Source: an uncultured cyanobacterium (GTDB taxonomy: Bacteria > Cyanobacteriota > Cyanobacteriia > PCC-9006 > JAAUQQ01). Taken from it: a stretch of 64,000 bases of DNA. Below the pieces are notes generated by a model that had not been told where the DNA came from, ran no database searches, and saw only the letters and a program-made list of their open reading frames with translations. The DNA lies in assembly GCA_963718615.1 (NCBI GenBank), contig OY970368.1, positions 1,952,001 through 2,016,000 on the forward strand, in the 5' to 3' direction. Made by a program: the position numbers and the translations under genes. Each line of letters opens with the position of its first letter. Position 1 is the first letter of the stretch. Of the stretch, positions 10,264-20,166 are shown piece after piece.

Positions 10264-13200
10264 CTACAGCCCATTGCCAATCAAAATAAACGGAGCCCAA
10301 TGGAAAGGGTGTTTGGGATCAGTGCGTCCTGGAGTCGATCGCCCTGAGACAGAGGTTGGAACGATGGAGGCCCGGAACTTAGTCAAGCGAGTATTGCTAT
10401 CTTCGTTGTATAGTAAGCTAAGCTGAGCCTGCCGCAGAGCTTCGGCTTTAGTGAGTTCGCCGGAGGCCAGCAGCTCGTAGAAGCGTTGCATCAGTAGACT
10501 CGTGCTGTCGTCATTGACAGACCAAAGCGAGGCAATGACAGTTTTGGCACGACTGGCTTTGAGGAAATAGGAGCTCAGTCCTGCGATTTCTGTGCCGTCA
10601 TTGGCTTCACCTCCGAGGGCGGTTTGGCAGGCGGAGAGGACAACGAGATGGAGGTTGCTGAGACGCTCATGGAGGGTGTCGATTTCGGGGATTTTGAGAC
10701 GACTACCATCGCCCAGCACAATGTATGACTCCTGGGGTCGGCCCGGTGTAAAGGCTGCGTGGGTGGCGATGTGGAGAATGCGATGGCCAAGGAGGTTTTT
10801 CTCCAGTTGTTGGCGGGTGAAGTCTTGGTTGAGGTAGGTTTGGCCGGGGTAGATGCCGGTGGGGTCGTTGGGGGCTTGGCGGACGATGCGATCGAGTTCG
10901 TCTTCCACCGCAGGGAGAGGATCGAAGCCAGGGACCGCTTGGCTGAGGCCTAGGCCCAGAACATTGGCTTGGTTGACGGTGCCAAGGGTGTCTTCGGCAT
11001 CGGTGAGGCTGGGTGTGATGACGCTGGAGAGGGTATAGCGTTCGATCAGATACTGTTGGCCATTGAACAGGGCGGCCATGGGGATGTAGCGGGTGACGCG
11101 ATCGTTGACGAAGATCAGGTGTTTGGTTTTGCTCTGTTGCAGGGCGGATTCGAGGGGTTTGATCAGCCAGTCGTGGAGTTTTTGGCTGGTGGTTTGGAGG
11201 GCTTGGAGGTCGTTGCCGGATTGGAGTTGTTCGCGGAACTGTTGGACGGTTTTGGCTAATTCTGCTTGGGTGACGGAAACTTCGATGCTGCCCGCAGCGC
11301 CGGGGACGGCGTAGAGGAGCCAGAGTTTTTGGTCGGTGATGAAGGGATAGATTAAAACTGCATCTGGATTGGCTTTGAGCAGCTTTTCGGCTTCGCCGTT
11401 GAGGTTGTCGGGGTTTTGGAAGATGTCGTCGTCGTGGCGATTTTTGCGAACGTCGGTCTTGAAGGTTTCGACGCTTTGGGTGTACTGAGCCCTCAAGGTA
11501 CCCGACTGTGAAAACAATTGGTCTAACTCGCCACAGTTGGTTTGTTTGCATTCGGTGAGTTTTTTGCCAAAGTCAATGAGGTTGCCGTGGGCGTTGATGA
11601 CGGGTTGTTCGGCGTCGTTGTAGAGGAGTTCTGTGCCGGTCCAGGTGGCGCGGGTGTTGGTGAATTCGCGGAGTTCGGCGAGTTTGAGGAGGTCGAGGAC
11701 TTGTTGGGCTTCGCCGATGCGGCCTTGGCTGAGGAGGAGGTCGGCGAGGGTGCGGTAGGTGTCGGAGATGGAGTTGGTGTAGGATTCTTGGATTTCGCGT
11801 TCAAGGCGGGTGAGGTTGCCGCGAATGTTTTCGTAGGTGTTGATGGCTTGTTTGTAGAAGACGATCGCCAGTTCTGGCTGTTGTTGCTGAATTTGGAGGG
11901 CTCCGAGGTGGGCGAGGGTTTGGGCTTGGGTGGGTCGATCGCCGACTTCCTGGGCAAGGGCTAGGGATTGCTGCAAGGTGGTTTGGGCATCAGCGGTTTG
12001 GTTGAGTTGGGTTTGGGCTTGGCCGATGAGGCTTTGGGTGTGAGCCATTTCTCGTTTTGCGGAAAGTTTTTGGTCAACAGCGAGGGCTTGTTGGAAGAAG
12101 TCTAGGGCTTTTTCGGGTTGGGATTGGGCTAGGTAAACCTGGCCGATGCCGCTGAGAATGTTGCCTTCGCGGCTGAAGGCTCCGTTGGTTTGGGTGATGG
12201 TGAGGGCTTGTTGATAGTAGGCGAGGGCTTGCTGATAGTAGGATGGGTCTTTGGTGGTTTTGCCTTGGATGATATAGGCGCTTGCGATGGCAGTGATTAA
12301 CTCAGCTTCTAGTCCTTGCGCTTTTAATTTTCGAGCTAATGCGAGGGCTTGGTCATATTTATCTAGAGCGCGCTGAAACTGGCCTAGTTTGAGATAGACG
12401 GTGGCAGTTCCTCTTGCAGATTGGATAATTTCTTGTTGATCTCCAACTGTATCGAAGAGTTCTTCTGCTTGTTGACCATATTGAAGTGCAGTGGAATAAT
12501 CTCCTTGTTCAAAATAGCGTGCACTTAGATTGAGGTGTACAACTGCTTGGCCCGCAAGATCTTGATATTCATAATAAATTTTGAGGGCTTGTTGAGAGAA
12601 GCTTTCTGCTTTTACATACTCACCTTGAGCGCTGTAAATTGAACCAATATTATTTAAGTAAATTCCTATCGTTCGCTTAGCATAGTTTTGACCTTCTACA
12701 AGGAGCTTCTGAAGAAAGATTTTCTGAACTGTCTGATCTTCAGAATCTCCACAAAAAACTGAATAATCAGAAAGGTATTTTGAATATTCACTCTTCATTT
12801 CTTGACACCATAGCTTTATATTGCTTGAAATTAATCCTTTTTCAAAAAAATCGTACTCTTGTTGTTTATATTTAATTAATTCATGAAAGATAGACAAGGC
12901 TTTTTCATATTGGCCTTGCTTGTCGTAAATAAAGGCTATATTATTCTGTATGACCTGTGCGACTTCAAAGTGATTCGACTGAAGAGCGACTGATAGAGCT
13001 TGCTCGTAAATCAATAGAGATTGATGATAATCACCCTGATCCGAGTAGATTGCCCCGATCTGAGCAGAAGCCAGGAGTTTTTTTCCAAGAGATATCTTAT
13101 GCTGATACGTACTTAATGCATTGTTTACTAGACGCAATGATCTTTCATATTCTCCACGAAAACTGTAAATACTGGCAATTTCAAGTAATGTAGAAAACTC

Positions 13201-14451
13201 ATTTTCGACGTTTTCATCAGCCATCTTAGAGTCTATTTTGCGTAAACTTTGGGCAATATCTAGCATCTTTTGTGATTTTTCTAAAGATTGATCGTACTGT
13301 CCAAGTTGCCTCAGCCTAGTTGCCCATCCAAAGTAAATTGAGATTTCTAGATCAAGAACTTCATTCTCATCATTTTTGTTTCCAGAAGCTTTTGCTGCTT
13401 CTAGTATTTGAGGCAAAATTTCGACTGAATTTTCGTATCTATCGAGTAAGTTGTACACATTTATTAGGTGATAGCACGCAATAAAGATTGATCTATTTAC
13501 GAGGCGATTATAAATTAATTGTTCTTCTGTTGAGAGGCTGAAGAGAAATTTTCTATAAAATTCTAAGGCTTTTTGATCAGCTTCAATCGCTAACTCATAT
13601 TTTTGCTTTTGTTGATAGATTTCACCTAGTGCACTCCAAGCTGAAGCAACCTTCATGGGTCTATTAAGCTCTTGAAAGATTGCGAGAGCTTGCTGATAGT
13701 AATCAATCGCTTTGTCGTATTGCTCTAGTGCAGAGTAAGCCTCAGCCATACTGTCAAAGGAATTAGCAACCCCCATAGGTTGATTGAGTTCTTGAAAGAT
13801 TGTGAGAGCTTGCTGATAATAATCAATAGATTTGTCATATTGCTCTAGTGCAGAGTAAGCCTCAGCTCCACTAAAGAAAGAATTAGCAGCTTCAATAGGT
13901 TGATTGAGTTCTTGAAAAATCTCAAGAGCTTGCTGAAAGTAAGTAATAGCTTTGTCATATTGCCCTAACGCAACGTAAGTCTGAGCGATCTGATAGGAAA
14001 CATTAGCTTCCCATGAGCGCAATGGGGGCAAATTCAATTCTTGCGTAATCACAAGCCCCTGCTGATAAAACTCCAACGCTTGCCCATGCTCCCCCAAGTG
14101 AGAATAAACCCTACCTATTCCAAAAAGAGTCCCAGCTTCACCAGCCCGATTAGCTTTGCCAAGCTCCGAATCATCGCCCCCACCCCGCCGAAAAATCCCC
14201 AAAGCCCGCTCAAACCTCTCCCTCGCCTGCCGAAACACCTCCCCCGCCTCCTCAACCTTCCCCTGCCCCTGCAACTGCTCCCCCTGCTCCCGCAACTGCC
14301 CCCCCTCCTCAAGCAACCGCTTCCCAGCCTCCAGCCCCTCCGCCGCCGTCTGCGCCAGCACCCCCCTCTCCGGCACCCCCAACCCCGCCGTCACCCCCAA
14401 CCCCAAACAAGTCAACCCCAGCAACGCCCCAAATCCAGATTGCAACCTCAT
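10264..14451 (-). CDS. TPR-CHAT protease 2 with N-terminal signal peptide
   Basis: Leader ending VLAQ, TPR array, CHAT motifs HIATHA, VLSACQTA and HPFHWAPFILIGN. Confidence 0.92.
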   Translation of the reverse strand: MRLQSGFGALLGLTCLGLGVTAGLGVPERGVLAQTAAEGLEAGKRLLEEGGQLREQGEQLQGQGKVEEAGEVFRQARERFERALGIFRRGGGDDSELGKANRAGEAGTLFGIGRVYSHLGEHGQALEFYQQGLVITQELNLPPLRSWEANVSYQIAQTYVALGQYDKAITYFQQALEIFQELNQPIEAANSFFSGAEAYSALEQYDKSIDYYQQALTIFQELNQPMGVANSFDSMAEAYSALEQYDKAIDYYQQALAIFQELNRPMKVASAWSALGEIYQQKQKYELAIEADQKALEFYRKFLFSLSTEEQLIYNRLVNRSIFIACYHLINVYNLLDRYENSVEILPQILEAAKASGNKNDENEVLDLEISIYFGWATRLRQLGQYDQSLEKSQKMLDIAQSLRKIDSKMADENVENEFSTLLEIASIYSFRGEYERSLRLVNNALSTYQHKISLGKKLLASAQIGAIYSDQGDYHQSLLIYEQALSVALQSNHFEVAQVIQNNIAFIYDKQGQYEKALSIFHELIKYKQQEYDFFEKGLISSNIKLWCQEMKSEYSKYLSDYSVFCGDSEDQTVQKIFLQKLLVEGQNYAKRTIGIYLNNIGSIYSAQGEYVKAESFSQQALKIYYEYQDLAGQAVVHLNLSARYFEQGDYSTALQYGQQAEELFDTVGDQQEIIQSARGTATVYLKLGQFQRALDKYDQALALARKLKAQGLEAELITAIASAYIIQGKTTKDPSYYQQALAYYQQALTITQTNGAFSREGNILSGIGQVYLAQSQPEKALDFFQQALAVDQKLSAKREMAHTQSLIGQAQTQLNQTADAQTTLQQSLALAQEVGDRPTQAQTLAHLGALQIQQQQPELAIVFYKQAINTYENIRGNLTRLEREIQESYTNSISDTYRTLADLLLSQGRIGEAQQVLDLLKLAELREFTNTRATWTGTELLYNDAEQPVINAHGNLIDFGKKLTECKQTNCGELDQLFSQSGTLRAQYTQSVETFKTDVRKNRHDDDIFQNPDNLNGEAEKLLKANPDAVLIYPFITDQKLWLLYAVPGAAGSIEVSVTQAELAKTVQQFREQLQSGNDLQALQTTSQKLHDWLIKPLESALQQSKTKHLIFVNDRVTRYIPMAALFNGQQYLIERYTLSSVITPSLTDAEDTLGTVNQANVLGLGLSQAVPGFDPLPAVEDELDRIVRQAPNDPTGIYPGQTYLNQDFTRQQLEKNLLGHRILHIATHAAFTPGRPQESYIVLGDGSRLKIPEIDTLHERLSNLHLVVLSACQTALGGEANDGTEIAGLSSYFLKASRAKTVIASLWSVNDDSTSLLMQRFYELLASGELTKAEALRQAQLSLLYNEDSNTRLTKFRASIVPTSVSGRSTPGRTDPKHPFHWAPFILIGNGL

Positions 14452-14484
14452 GTCGCTTCAGCCCCTATCGTGGTGTACAACATT

Positions 14485-14513
14485 TATACGAATTAGCCCC
14501 AGCCCGTTATGCA
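14485..14513 (-). promoter_or_regulatory. Cluster promoter motif TGCAT-N18-CGTATA upstream of TPR-CHAT 2
   Basis: Minus strand reads TTCCGGATTGCATAACGGGCTGGGGCTAATTCGTATAAATGT. Confidence 0.75.
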
Positions 14514-14699
14514 ATCCGGAAGCTTGATTTAGATTAACAAATCGCCTCCTTCAACCCTCTCCAATTCCCTCGATTTGCTCGTGATATTTTTGCTACCTAG
14601 ATAAAGCCTTGAAAATACTGAATTTAGCCTAAAAATCGATTTTTATCGTCCTTCGAAAAACTCAAAACGCACATCAAAATCCTCGTATTTTGTCGTTTT

Positions 14700-14728
14700 T
14701 GCATACCTAAATTGCTGATGAATAGATA
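14700..14728 (+). promoter_or_regulatory. Cluster promoter motif variant TGCAT-N18-TAGATA upstream of the sigma-like gene
   Basis: TTGCATACCTAAATTGCTGATGAATAGATATA, with the same spacing as the other copies. Confidence 0.5.
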
Positions 14729-14858
14729 TATTTCTGTAATCGTATAAAGCTCATATTGTATAGAGATTATAGAGACTCCATTTCCCCCCTTCAAACCCTG
14801 TAGAATCGCTCTCAACCCGCATTCCTCAACCCTCATCCCCACCCTATCCCCGTTCGCC

Positions 14859-16244
14859 ATGTCAACCCATCACCAATACTGGACCCTGATCAGACTCGCG
14901 GCCAACGGCACAGGCCAGCCCCACGAACTCCCCCAAGCCAAAGCACTGCTCCGACAGCTCTGCCCCCAGGCCGAACCCGATGAAGACGTGGGCGATCGCT
15001 CCCTCCAGCGACAACTCCATGCAGCGCTCAAAGAAGCGCTTAAAACCGCCTGCTCAGACCCAGATAGCCCAGACCTCGGCCTCGCCTTCCATAGCCCCCC
15101 AAGTCAATGCTTCCGGTGCTATATCTCCCATCAAGCATTGAAAGTATGCCGAGATCTGGTGAAGCAATTTGGCGCAAACCACGGCTTCACCCTGACCGAT
15201 CTCCTGCCCATAGTGCTCAACGACGACGGCAAACCCCTCACGGGATCCTATCGACCCCTGAGCCATAAAATCCTGAGCAAATTCGATCCCCATAGCGCCA
15301 GCCTCAGCACCTGGGCCACCCGACTCATCCGCTCCAGCGAGGATTTAAACACATTTCTCAAAGAGCACGACATTCTGCTGATCAGCGACTGGGCCTTACT
15401 CAACAGTGCCAATCCAACAAAACTCACCAAAGCCCTGGGGGACTTTCATCTGCTCAGCGCCCCAGAAATCGAGCAATCCCAGCAGCTCCTAGCTGCCTAC
15501 CACCAAGTCTATCGGCAAGAGCGGATCCTGAAGGGCGATAAAGGCCGCTGCGAAGATCCCACCCCAGACCAATGCGAAGCCATTCGTCAGCACCTGCCAA
15601 ACCGCGCCATCACCGCCATAGAAGTTTTTCAGCAACTGCGCCGCTTGGCCAAGCGGCTACGGGACTATGATCTAGAGCGCTATCACGGGCAACCAGGAAA
15701 TACAGTTGAGTCCATTATTGAGACTCTTGCCCCTTCTCCTGCCCCAGAGGCCGAGCCAGAGGCGGATTTACCCTGGGCTCGGCTGACCGAAATTTATCAA
15801 GCTGAGTTTAACGCATGTCTCACCCAGGCCGTAAAGGACGTAATTGAGCAACGGCTACAGACGCTCAAGCCCCAGCAGCGGCAGAATTATCTGCAAGCCT
15901 TGCGATTCTTCTATTGTGAGGGACTCAAAATGGGTGAGATTGCACCTTGTATTGGTCTGGAAAAACAGTATCAGGTGACTCGGTTACTGAAACTGAAACC
16001 CTTTCGAGCGGAAATTCGCCATCGGGCGATCGCCTGCCTGCAACTCACGTTACGCCAACAGTTCACCGCATTACTGACTCCGGATCACCTTGTCCAACTC
16101 GATAACAATCTCGAACATCATCTGGGTCCGGAGATTGATGTCATCATTGAAACAGAGGTAAACCAGGCTCAAAACCGCAGACAGCATCGCACAAAATGCA
16201 ATCGTTTAGCCGAAGAAATTTGCCAAATTCTACATCATTTTTAG
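14859..16244 (+). CDS. Sigma-70-family-like protein (cyanobacterial, DUF1822-associated type)
   Basis: Region-2-like FDPHSASLSTWATRLIR and region-4-like HTH LQALRFFYCEGLKMGEIAPCIGLEKQYQVTRLL; lies immediately upstream of a DUF1822-like gene. Confidence 0.7.
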   Translation: MSTHHQYWTLIRLAANGTGQPHELPQAKALLRQLCPQAEPDEDVGDRSLQRQLHAALKEALKTACSDPDSPDLGLAFHSPPSQCFRCYISHQALKVCRDLVKQFGANHGFTLTDLLPIVLNDDGKPLTGSYRPLSHKILSKFDPHSASLSTWATRLIRSSEDLNTFLKEHDILLISDWALLNSANPTKLTKALGDFHLLSAPEIEQSQQLLAAYHQVYRQERILKGDKGRCEDPTPDQCEAIRQHLPNRAITAIEVFQQLRRLAKRLRDYDLERYHGQPGNTVESIIETLAPSPAPEAEPEADLPWARLTEIYQAEFNACLTQAVKDVIEQRLQTLKPQQRQNYLQALRFFYCEGLKMGEIAPCIGLEKQYQVTRLLKLKPFRAEIRHRAIACLQLTLRQQFTALLTPDHLVQLDNNLEHHLGPEIDVIIETEVNQAQNRRQHRTKCNRLAEEICQILHHF

Positions 16245-16474
16245 GAAAAAAACTAGGGAAAATTGATCTCAATCTAAAGCAAAATTAACCAGCTCAAGTT
16301 ACCTAATCCGAATTGATCCATCTCATAAAATTGTGATCTTAATCAATCTGTGATCCAGATCAAATGCTAATCCAACTCATTAGTGTTTAGATAACAAAAT
16401 CATCTGAGGATCAAAATTTCTAACCTGTTCACTCTTTCTAATCCATTCACGCTCACACTTCACCCTAGAAAATC

Positions 16475-17686
16475 ATGACTACCGATTCCTTTACCTTTGA
16501 GACCGACAACTTTGAGCTAGAGGGCCAAGCCATTTCTGCCGAAGCCATTTGGCTAAGGCCCGAACAAGTGGACCAAGCCCAAGCAGCGGCCAGACAAGTG
16601 CAAGACCCATCCAAACTCTGGAACGTTTACCTCAACAGTTTAGCCCGTCAGGCCTTCGAAATCTGGCTGAAAAAAAGACTCCCCCAGCACACCCCGAAAC
16701 GCTTAGAACCGATCGAATCCAGTCAAAACAGTTGGTCGTTGGATGTGAATGGGTTTCAAATTTGTCTTTTACCCCAGGGCAGTCAGCCGGATGAATTCAT
16801 TTTGATTCCTCAGGACAAAGTAGACAGCCCAACCCAAAACTCGACCCCAAGTCCAAACCAGGGGGTTCATTTTTTTGTCCTGGTGGCGATCGCCGAAGAA
16901 CAGGGATGTGTCGAAATTTGTGCGATCTTGCGCCATGACAAACTCATCCAAAACCGCGCTCTTCTCTCCCGAGACGAAGAAAACCATTATCAAGTTCCCT
17001 TCCATTGGTTTAATCCAGAACCCGAGGATTTGCTGCTGTATCTCCGTTGTGCTGAGCCCGCTGCCTTTAGCTTGGAACCAGTACCGAGCCAGCCAGATCC
17101 GAGCCAGCCAGATCTGATCCAGCCAAACCTGAGGGAAAAAGTTGTGAATACAGCCCTATGGTTAGAAGGAAAACTGGATGCGATCGCCCAAACCCTAGCC
17201 TGGACACTCCTCCCCGCGCCTCCCCTGGAATCAGCCTCAGCCTTTCGCAACCGTGCAGGGGGGATGCAAGAACTGCCCGAGGACTCCAACTATTACCGAT
17301 TGATTCGGGAATTGCGCGATCGCCATATTCCCATTCCAGCAACCGTCCGACCCGCCTATCAAGACTTTGCAATCGCCAAACAAAACGTTCGCCTCTATGC
17401 CCTGTCTTGGTCCCTCGAACTTCCGGAGGAGCAAATCGCAGAATGGATATTAGTGCTGATTGTAGGACCCACACCTGGGATTGCTTTCCCCAAGGATATT
17501 GGTTTGATTGTCGAAGATCAGAACCAGATTTTGCTCAATACTCAATTAGACGATCCAGAGCGAGATCAGTACCTGTTTGCAGAGGTAATTGGAGAGTTTG
17601 ATGAAGTTTTCCAGGTCAAACTCCAACTCAGCGATCAAGTCTTGCCTGTGGTTCCAGCCTTTACGTTTCAGCCCCATCATTCCTGA
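16475..17686 (+). CDS. DUF1822-like protein (candidate anti-sigma factor or protease substrate)
   Basis: WNVYLNSLA...FEIWL N-terminal motif, central SAFRN motif, and a beta-rich C-terminal domain ending GEFDEVFQVKL. No signal peptide. Confidence 0.72.
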   Translation: MTTDSFTFETDNFELEGQAISAEAIWLRPEQVDQAQAAARQVQDPSKLWNVYLNSLARQAFEIWLKKRLPQHTPKRLEPIESSQNSWSLDVNGFQICLLPQGSQPDEFILIPQDKVDSPTQNSTPSPNQGVHFFVLVAIAEEQGCVEICAILRHDKLIQNRALLSRDEENHYQVPFHWFNPEPEDLLLYLRCAEPAAFSLEPVPSQPDPSQPDLIQPNLREKVVNTALWLEGKLDAIAQTLAWTLLPAPPLESASAFRNRAGGMQELPEDSNYYRLIRELRDRHIPIPATVRPAYQDFAIAKQNVRLYALSWSLELPEEQIAEWILVLIVGPTPGIAFPKDIGLIVEDQNQILLNTQLDDPERDQYLFAEVIGEFDEVFQVKLQLSDQVLPVVPAFTFQPHHS

Positions 17687-17724
17687 ATTGTAGCCTGAGT
17701 CGCAGCCTAAATTACACCCTGAAT

Positions 17725-17753
17725 TGCATAGGCGGAGTGCCTTCTAAAAGACA
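17725..17753 (+). promoter_or_regulatory. Weak cluster promoter motif TGCAT-N18-AAGACA upstream of CHAT-CHASE2
   Basis: TTGCATAGGCGGAGTGCCTTCTAAAAGACATA, 40 nt before ATG 17794. Confidence 0.4.
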
Positions 17754-17793
17754 TATTCAGGTATCCCTGATTCCTTTGCATCTTTCATTTCCT

Positions 17794-20166
17794 ATGGCTA
17801 AGCTATCCCTGAGCATCTGGCGTGTTGAACAGACCTGTAACTTTGTTTTAGGTTGGGGAGAGGACTGTCAACTCACTGCGAATCTCAAGGTGTTCCCTAG
17901 CCTTTTAGACTACTATGGGATTTGGCAGGAGGCTTACTTAAATTTCTATCGGTCTAGTCTTCGGGGCAGAGCCCAGCAATCCGGTAGTTTTCCGACTCCC
18001 CCGGTGGATTGGCGGGTCAGGCTGGTCCAAGCGGAGGCGGAGCTGCTCAGCGAGTTTCATCGCTGGTTAAATAGCCGAGATCTCATCGATATTCGTCAGA
18101 AAATTGCAGCACTGGCGACCCCTTCAATAACCTTGCAGCAGCCAGTGGATCTTTTTTTGAGCTGCAATGATGAAGAATTGGCTCGGCTGCCTTGGGAAAC
18201 CTGGGAAATGGGTCGAGAGTTTGGTGTTGCAGGCTCCATTCGGCTCGTTCGGACACCGACCACGATCCGTCAAGAAACGCTGTCCTACCGTCGGCAGGGT
18301 AAGCTCCGACTGTTGGCGATTGTGGGTGATGACACCGGACTAGATTTTCAGCGCGATCGCGAAGCTCTCCAGTCTCTCCAATCCCTGATTGATGTGACAT
18401 TTGTGGGCTGGAAGCAGGGCAAAAAGATTGCAGCCCTACAGGAGGAAATTGTGCAAGCGATCGCCGACCCTCAGGGGTGGGATGTGCTCTTTTTTGCCGG
18501 TCATAGCAATGAAACGGCCATCACGGGGGGAGAATTGGCGATCGCCCCTCATTCCTCAATTCTGCTCCGCGAAATTGCCCCGCAACTGACTGAGGCAAAG
18601 CTACGAGGACTCAAGTTTGCACTGTTTAACTCCTGCAAGGGGATCAGTATTGCCAATGCGTTAATCGACCTGGGATTAAGTCAAGTGGCTGTAATGCGAG
18701 AACCCATTCACAATGAGGTTGCTCAGGCCTTTCTGATTGCCTTTGTGAAGGCTTTAGCTAACTACGAGGATGTTCATCAGGCCATGCGATCGGCCTGTGA
18801 GTATCTCAAGGCCAAACGGAATATCACGTTTCCCTCGGCGGCTCTGGTTCCTTCATTATTTCAGCATCCGGGGGCGGTGTCGTTTCGGCTAGAACCCTCG
18901 GGCCTCAAGTCTTGCTTGCGTCGCTGGGGGCCAACCCGGAGGGAGGCGATCGCCGTGGGGCTTTTGGCTGGCTTGAGTCTGCTCCTTCCAGTCCAGCGAG
19001 AACTCATTGAACAAAGACAGTGGGTGCAAGCTCAGTTTCGCCATCTCACTGCCCAAGGAACGAATCCAGTTTCGTCTGCTAGTGTCTCTCCACCAGTGTT
19101 GCTTGTGCAAATCGATATGGATTCGGTGGCAGACGTCGTGCCAGTTCATCCGCTCAATCGTGCCTACCTCGCCCAGTTGATTCGCCAAGCGAGTCAATTG
19201 AAAGTTTCTCGCCTGGGATTTGATTATTTAGTGGATCGAGTGACTAATCAGAAGGATGATGAATTCCTTTCTTCAGAGCTCTTGAAAGCTGAGCAAGGGG
19301 GAATGAAGATTATTTTTGCAACCCATCAAGAAAATGGTCGTTGGTTGCACCCCCATCCTAAAATTACTGAGGTGTCGCTGGATCAACTGGGTGACGTGAA
19401 ACTCTTTGGCAATCACCAGAAAGCGGTTTTACATGCCAACTTGGATCAGGAGGCCACCGCACCGCTCCCCTTGCCATTTTCCAGATTATTAGTTGGTTCT
19501 AAAAACCCGACAAACCCGGCTGAGCAAACGTTTCAAACCTCTTGGATCACATTACTATCCTATTATCTCCACCAGACTTGGCTCCATCCACTGATTGATT
19601 ATTCACTGCCTCCCAGCCAAATTTACCAACTCGTTTCGGCTAAAACATTTCTGAAGCTGTCTACGCGTGCTTCTGAGTTGAGCCGGATCAAAGACCAAAT
19701 TGTACTGATTGCCGCCGGATATACCGATGCGGGTGTGTCCGATAAGGGAGAAGACAAGAAAAAGGCTGCTCGGGCGATGCAGTTTTGGCTGCGTTCCCAT
19801 ACAACTGAGTGGGTCAATGGGGGCGAAATCCATGCCTATCACATCCATCATCTCATGAACCAGGCGTTCATCACGCCATTGCCCGATTTTTGGTTTGTGG
19901 GATTGGCGGCCCTGTTGGGGAAATGGGGCAGTTTGTCCTTCGGTCGGGGCAGGCATCGACGGGGTTACTGGCTCGGGTTGGCGGGAGGGGCTGGAGTTTA
20001 TGGTTTGGTGAGCTTGCAACTGTATGTGACGGTTCAGATTTTGTTGCCTTGGTTGTTGCCGGTGTTGGTGTTGGGGAGTTATGGGCTGGGGAGTCATGGG
20101 GGAGGCGATCGTCGCCGCTATCTACCAAATCCTAATCCTAATGGTTTAAGAGAGATAGAGACATGA
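17794..20166 (+). CDS. CHAT protease - TM - CHASE2 - 3TM membrane protein
   Basis: N-terminal CHAT (RLPWETW, FFAGHS, FNSCKG), TM AIAVGLLAGLSLLLP, CHASE2-like region (VLLVQID, PLNRAYLAQLI, GFDYLVD, IVLIAAG, GGEIHAY) and three C-terminal hydrophobic helices. ATG 17794 preferred over GTG 17737. Confidence 0.85.
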   Translation: MAKLSLSIWRVEQTCNFVLGWGEDCQLTANLKVFPSLLDYYGIWQEAYLNFYRSSLRGRAQQSGSFPTPPVDWRVRLVQAEAELLSEFHRWLNSRDLIDIRQKIAALATPSITLQQPVDLFLSCNDEELARLPWETWEMGREFGVAGSIRLVRTPTTIRQETLSYRRQGKLRLLAIVGDDTGLDFQRDREALQSLQSLIDVTFVGWKQGKKIAALQEEIVQAIADPQGWDVLFFAGHSNETAITGGELAIAPHSSILLREIAPQLTEAKLRGLKFALFNSCKGISIANALIDLGLSQVAVMREPIHNEVAQAFLIAFVKALANYEDVHQAMRSACEYLKAKRNITFPSAALVPSLFQHPGAVSFRLEPSGLKSCLRRWGPTRREAIAVGLLAGLSLLLPVQRELIEQRQWVQAQFRHLTAQGTNPVSSASVSPPVLLVQIDMDSVADVVPVHPLNRAYLAQLIRQASQLKVSRLGFDYLVDRVTNQKDDEFLSSELLKAEQGGMKIIFATHQENGRWLHPHPKITEVSLDQLGDVKLFGNHQKAVLHANLDQEATAPLPLPFSRLLVGSKNPTNPAEQTFQTSWITLLSYYLHQTWLHPLIDYSLPPSQIYQLVSAKTFLKLSTRASELSRIKDQIVLIAAGYTDAGVSDKGEDKKKAARAMQFWLRSHTTEWVNGGEIHAYHIHHLMNQAFITPLPDFWFVGLAALLGKWGSLSFGRGRHRRGYWLGLAGGAGVYGLVSLQLYVTVQILLPWLLPVLVLGSYGLGSHGGGDRRRYLPNPNPNGLREIET

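Noticed and set aside
7017-12221. Duplicated segment as a DGR template/variable repeat pair
   Set aside because: No reverse transcriptase in the window, both copies are coding, and I saw no clear adenine-specific mismatch pattern.
14515-14520. TCCGGA next to two promoter copies (also ~40860) as the heterocyst DIF1 motif
   Set aside because: Present in only two of twelve copies, upstream of the conserved TGCAT block, and with no heterocyst context in the window.
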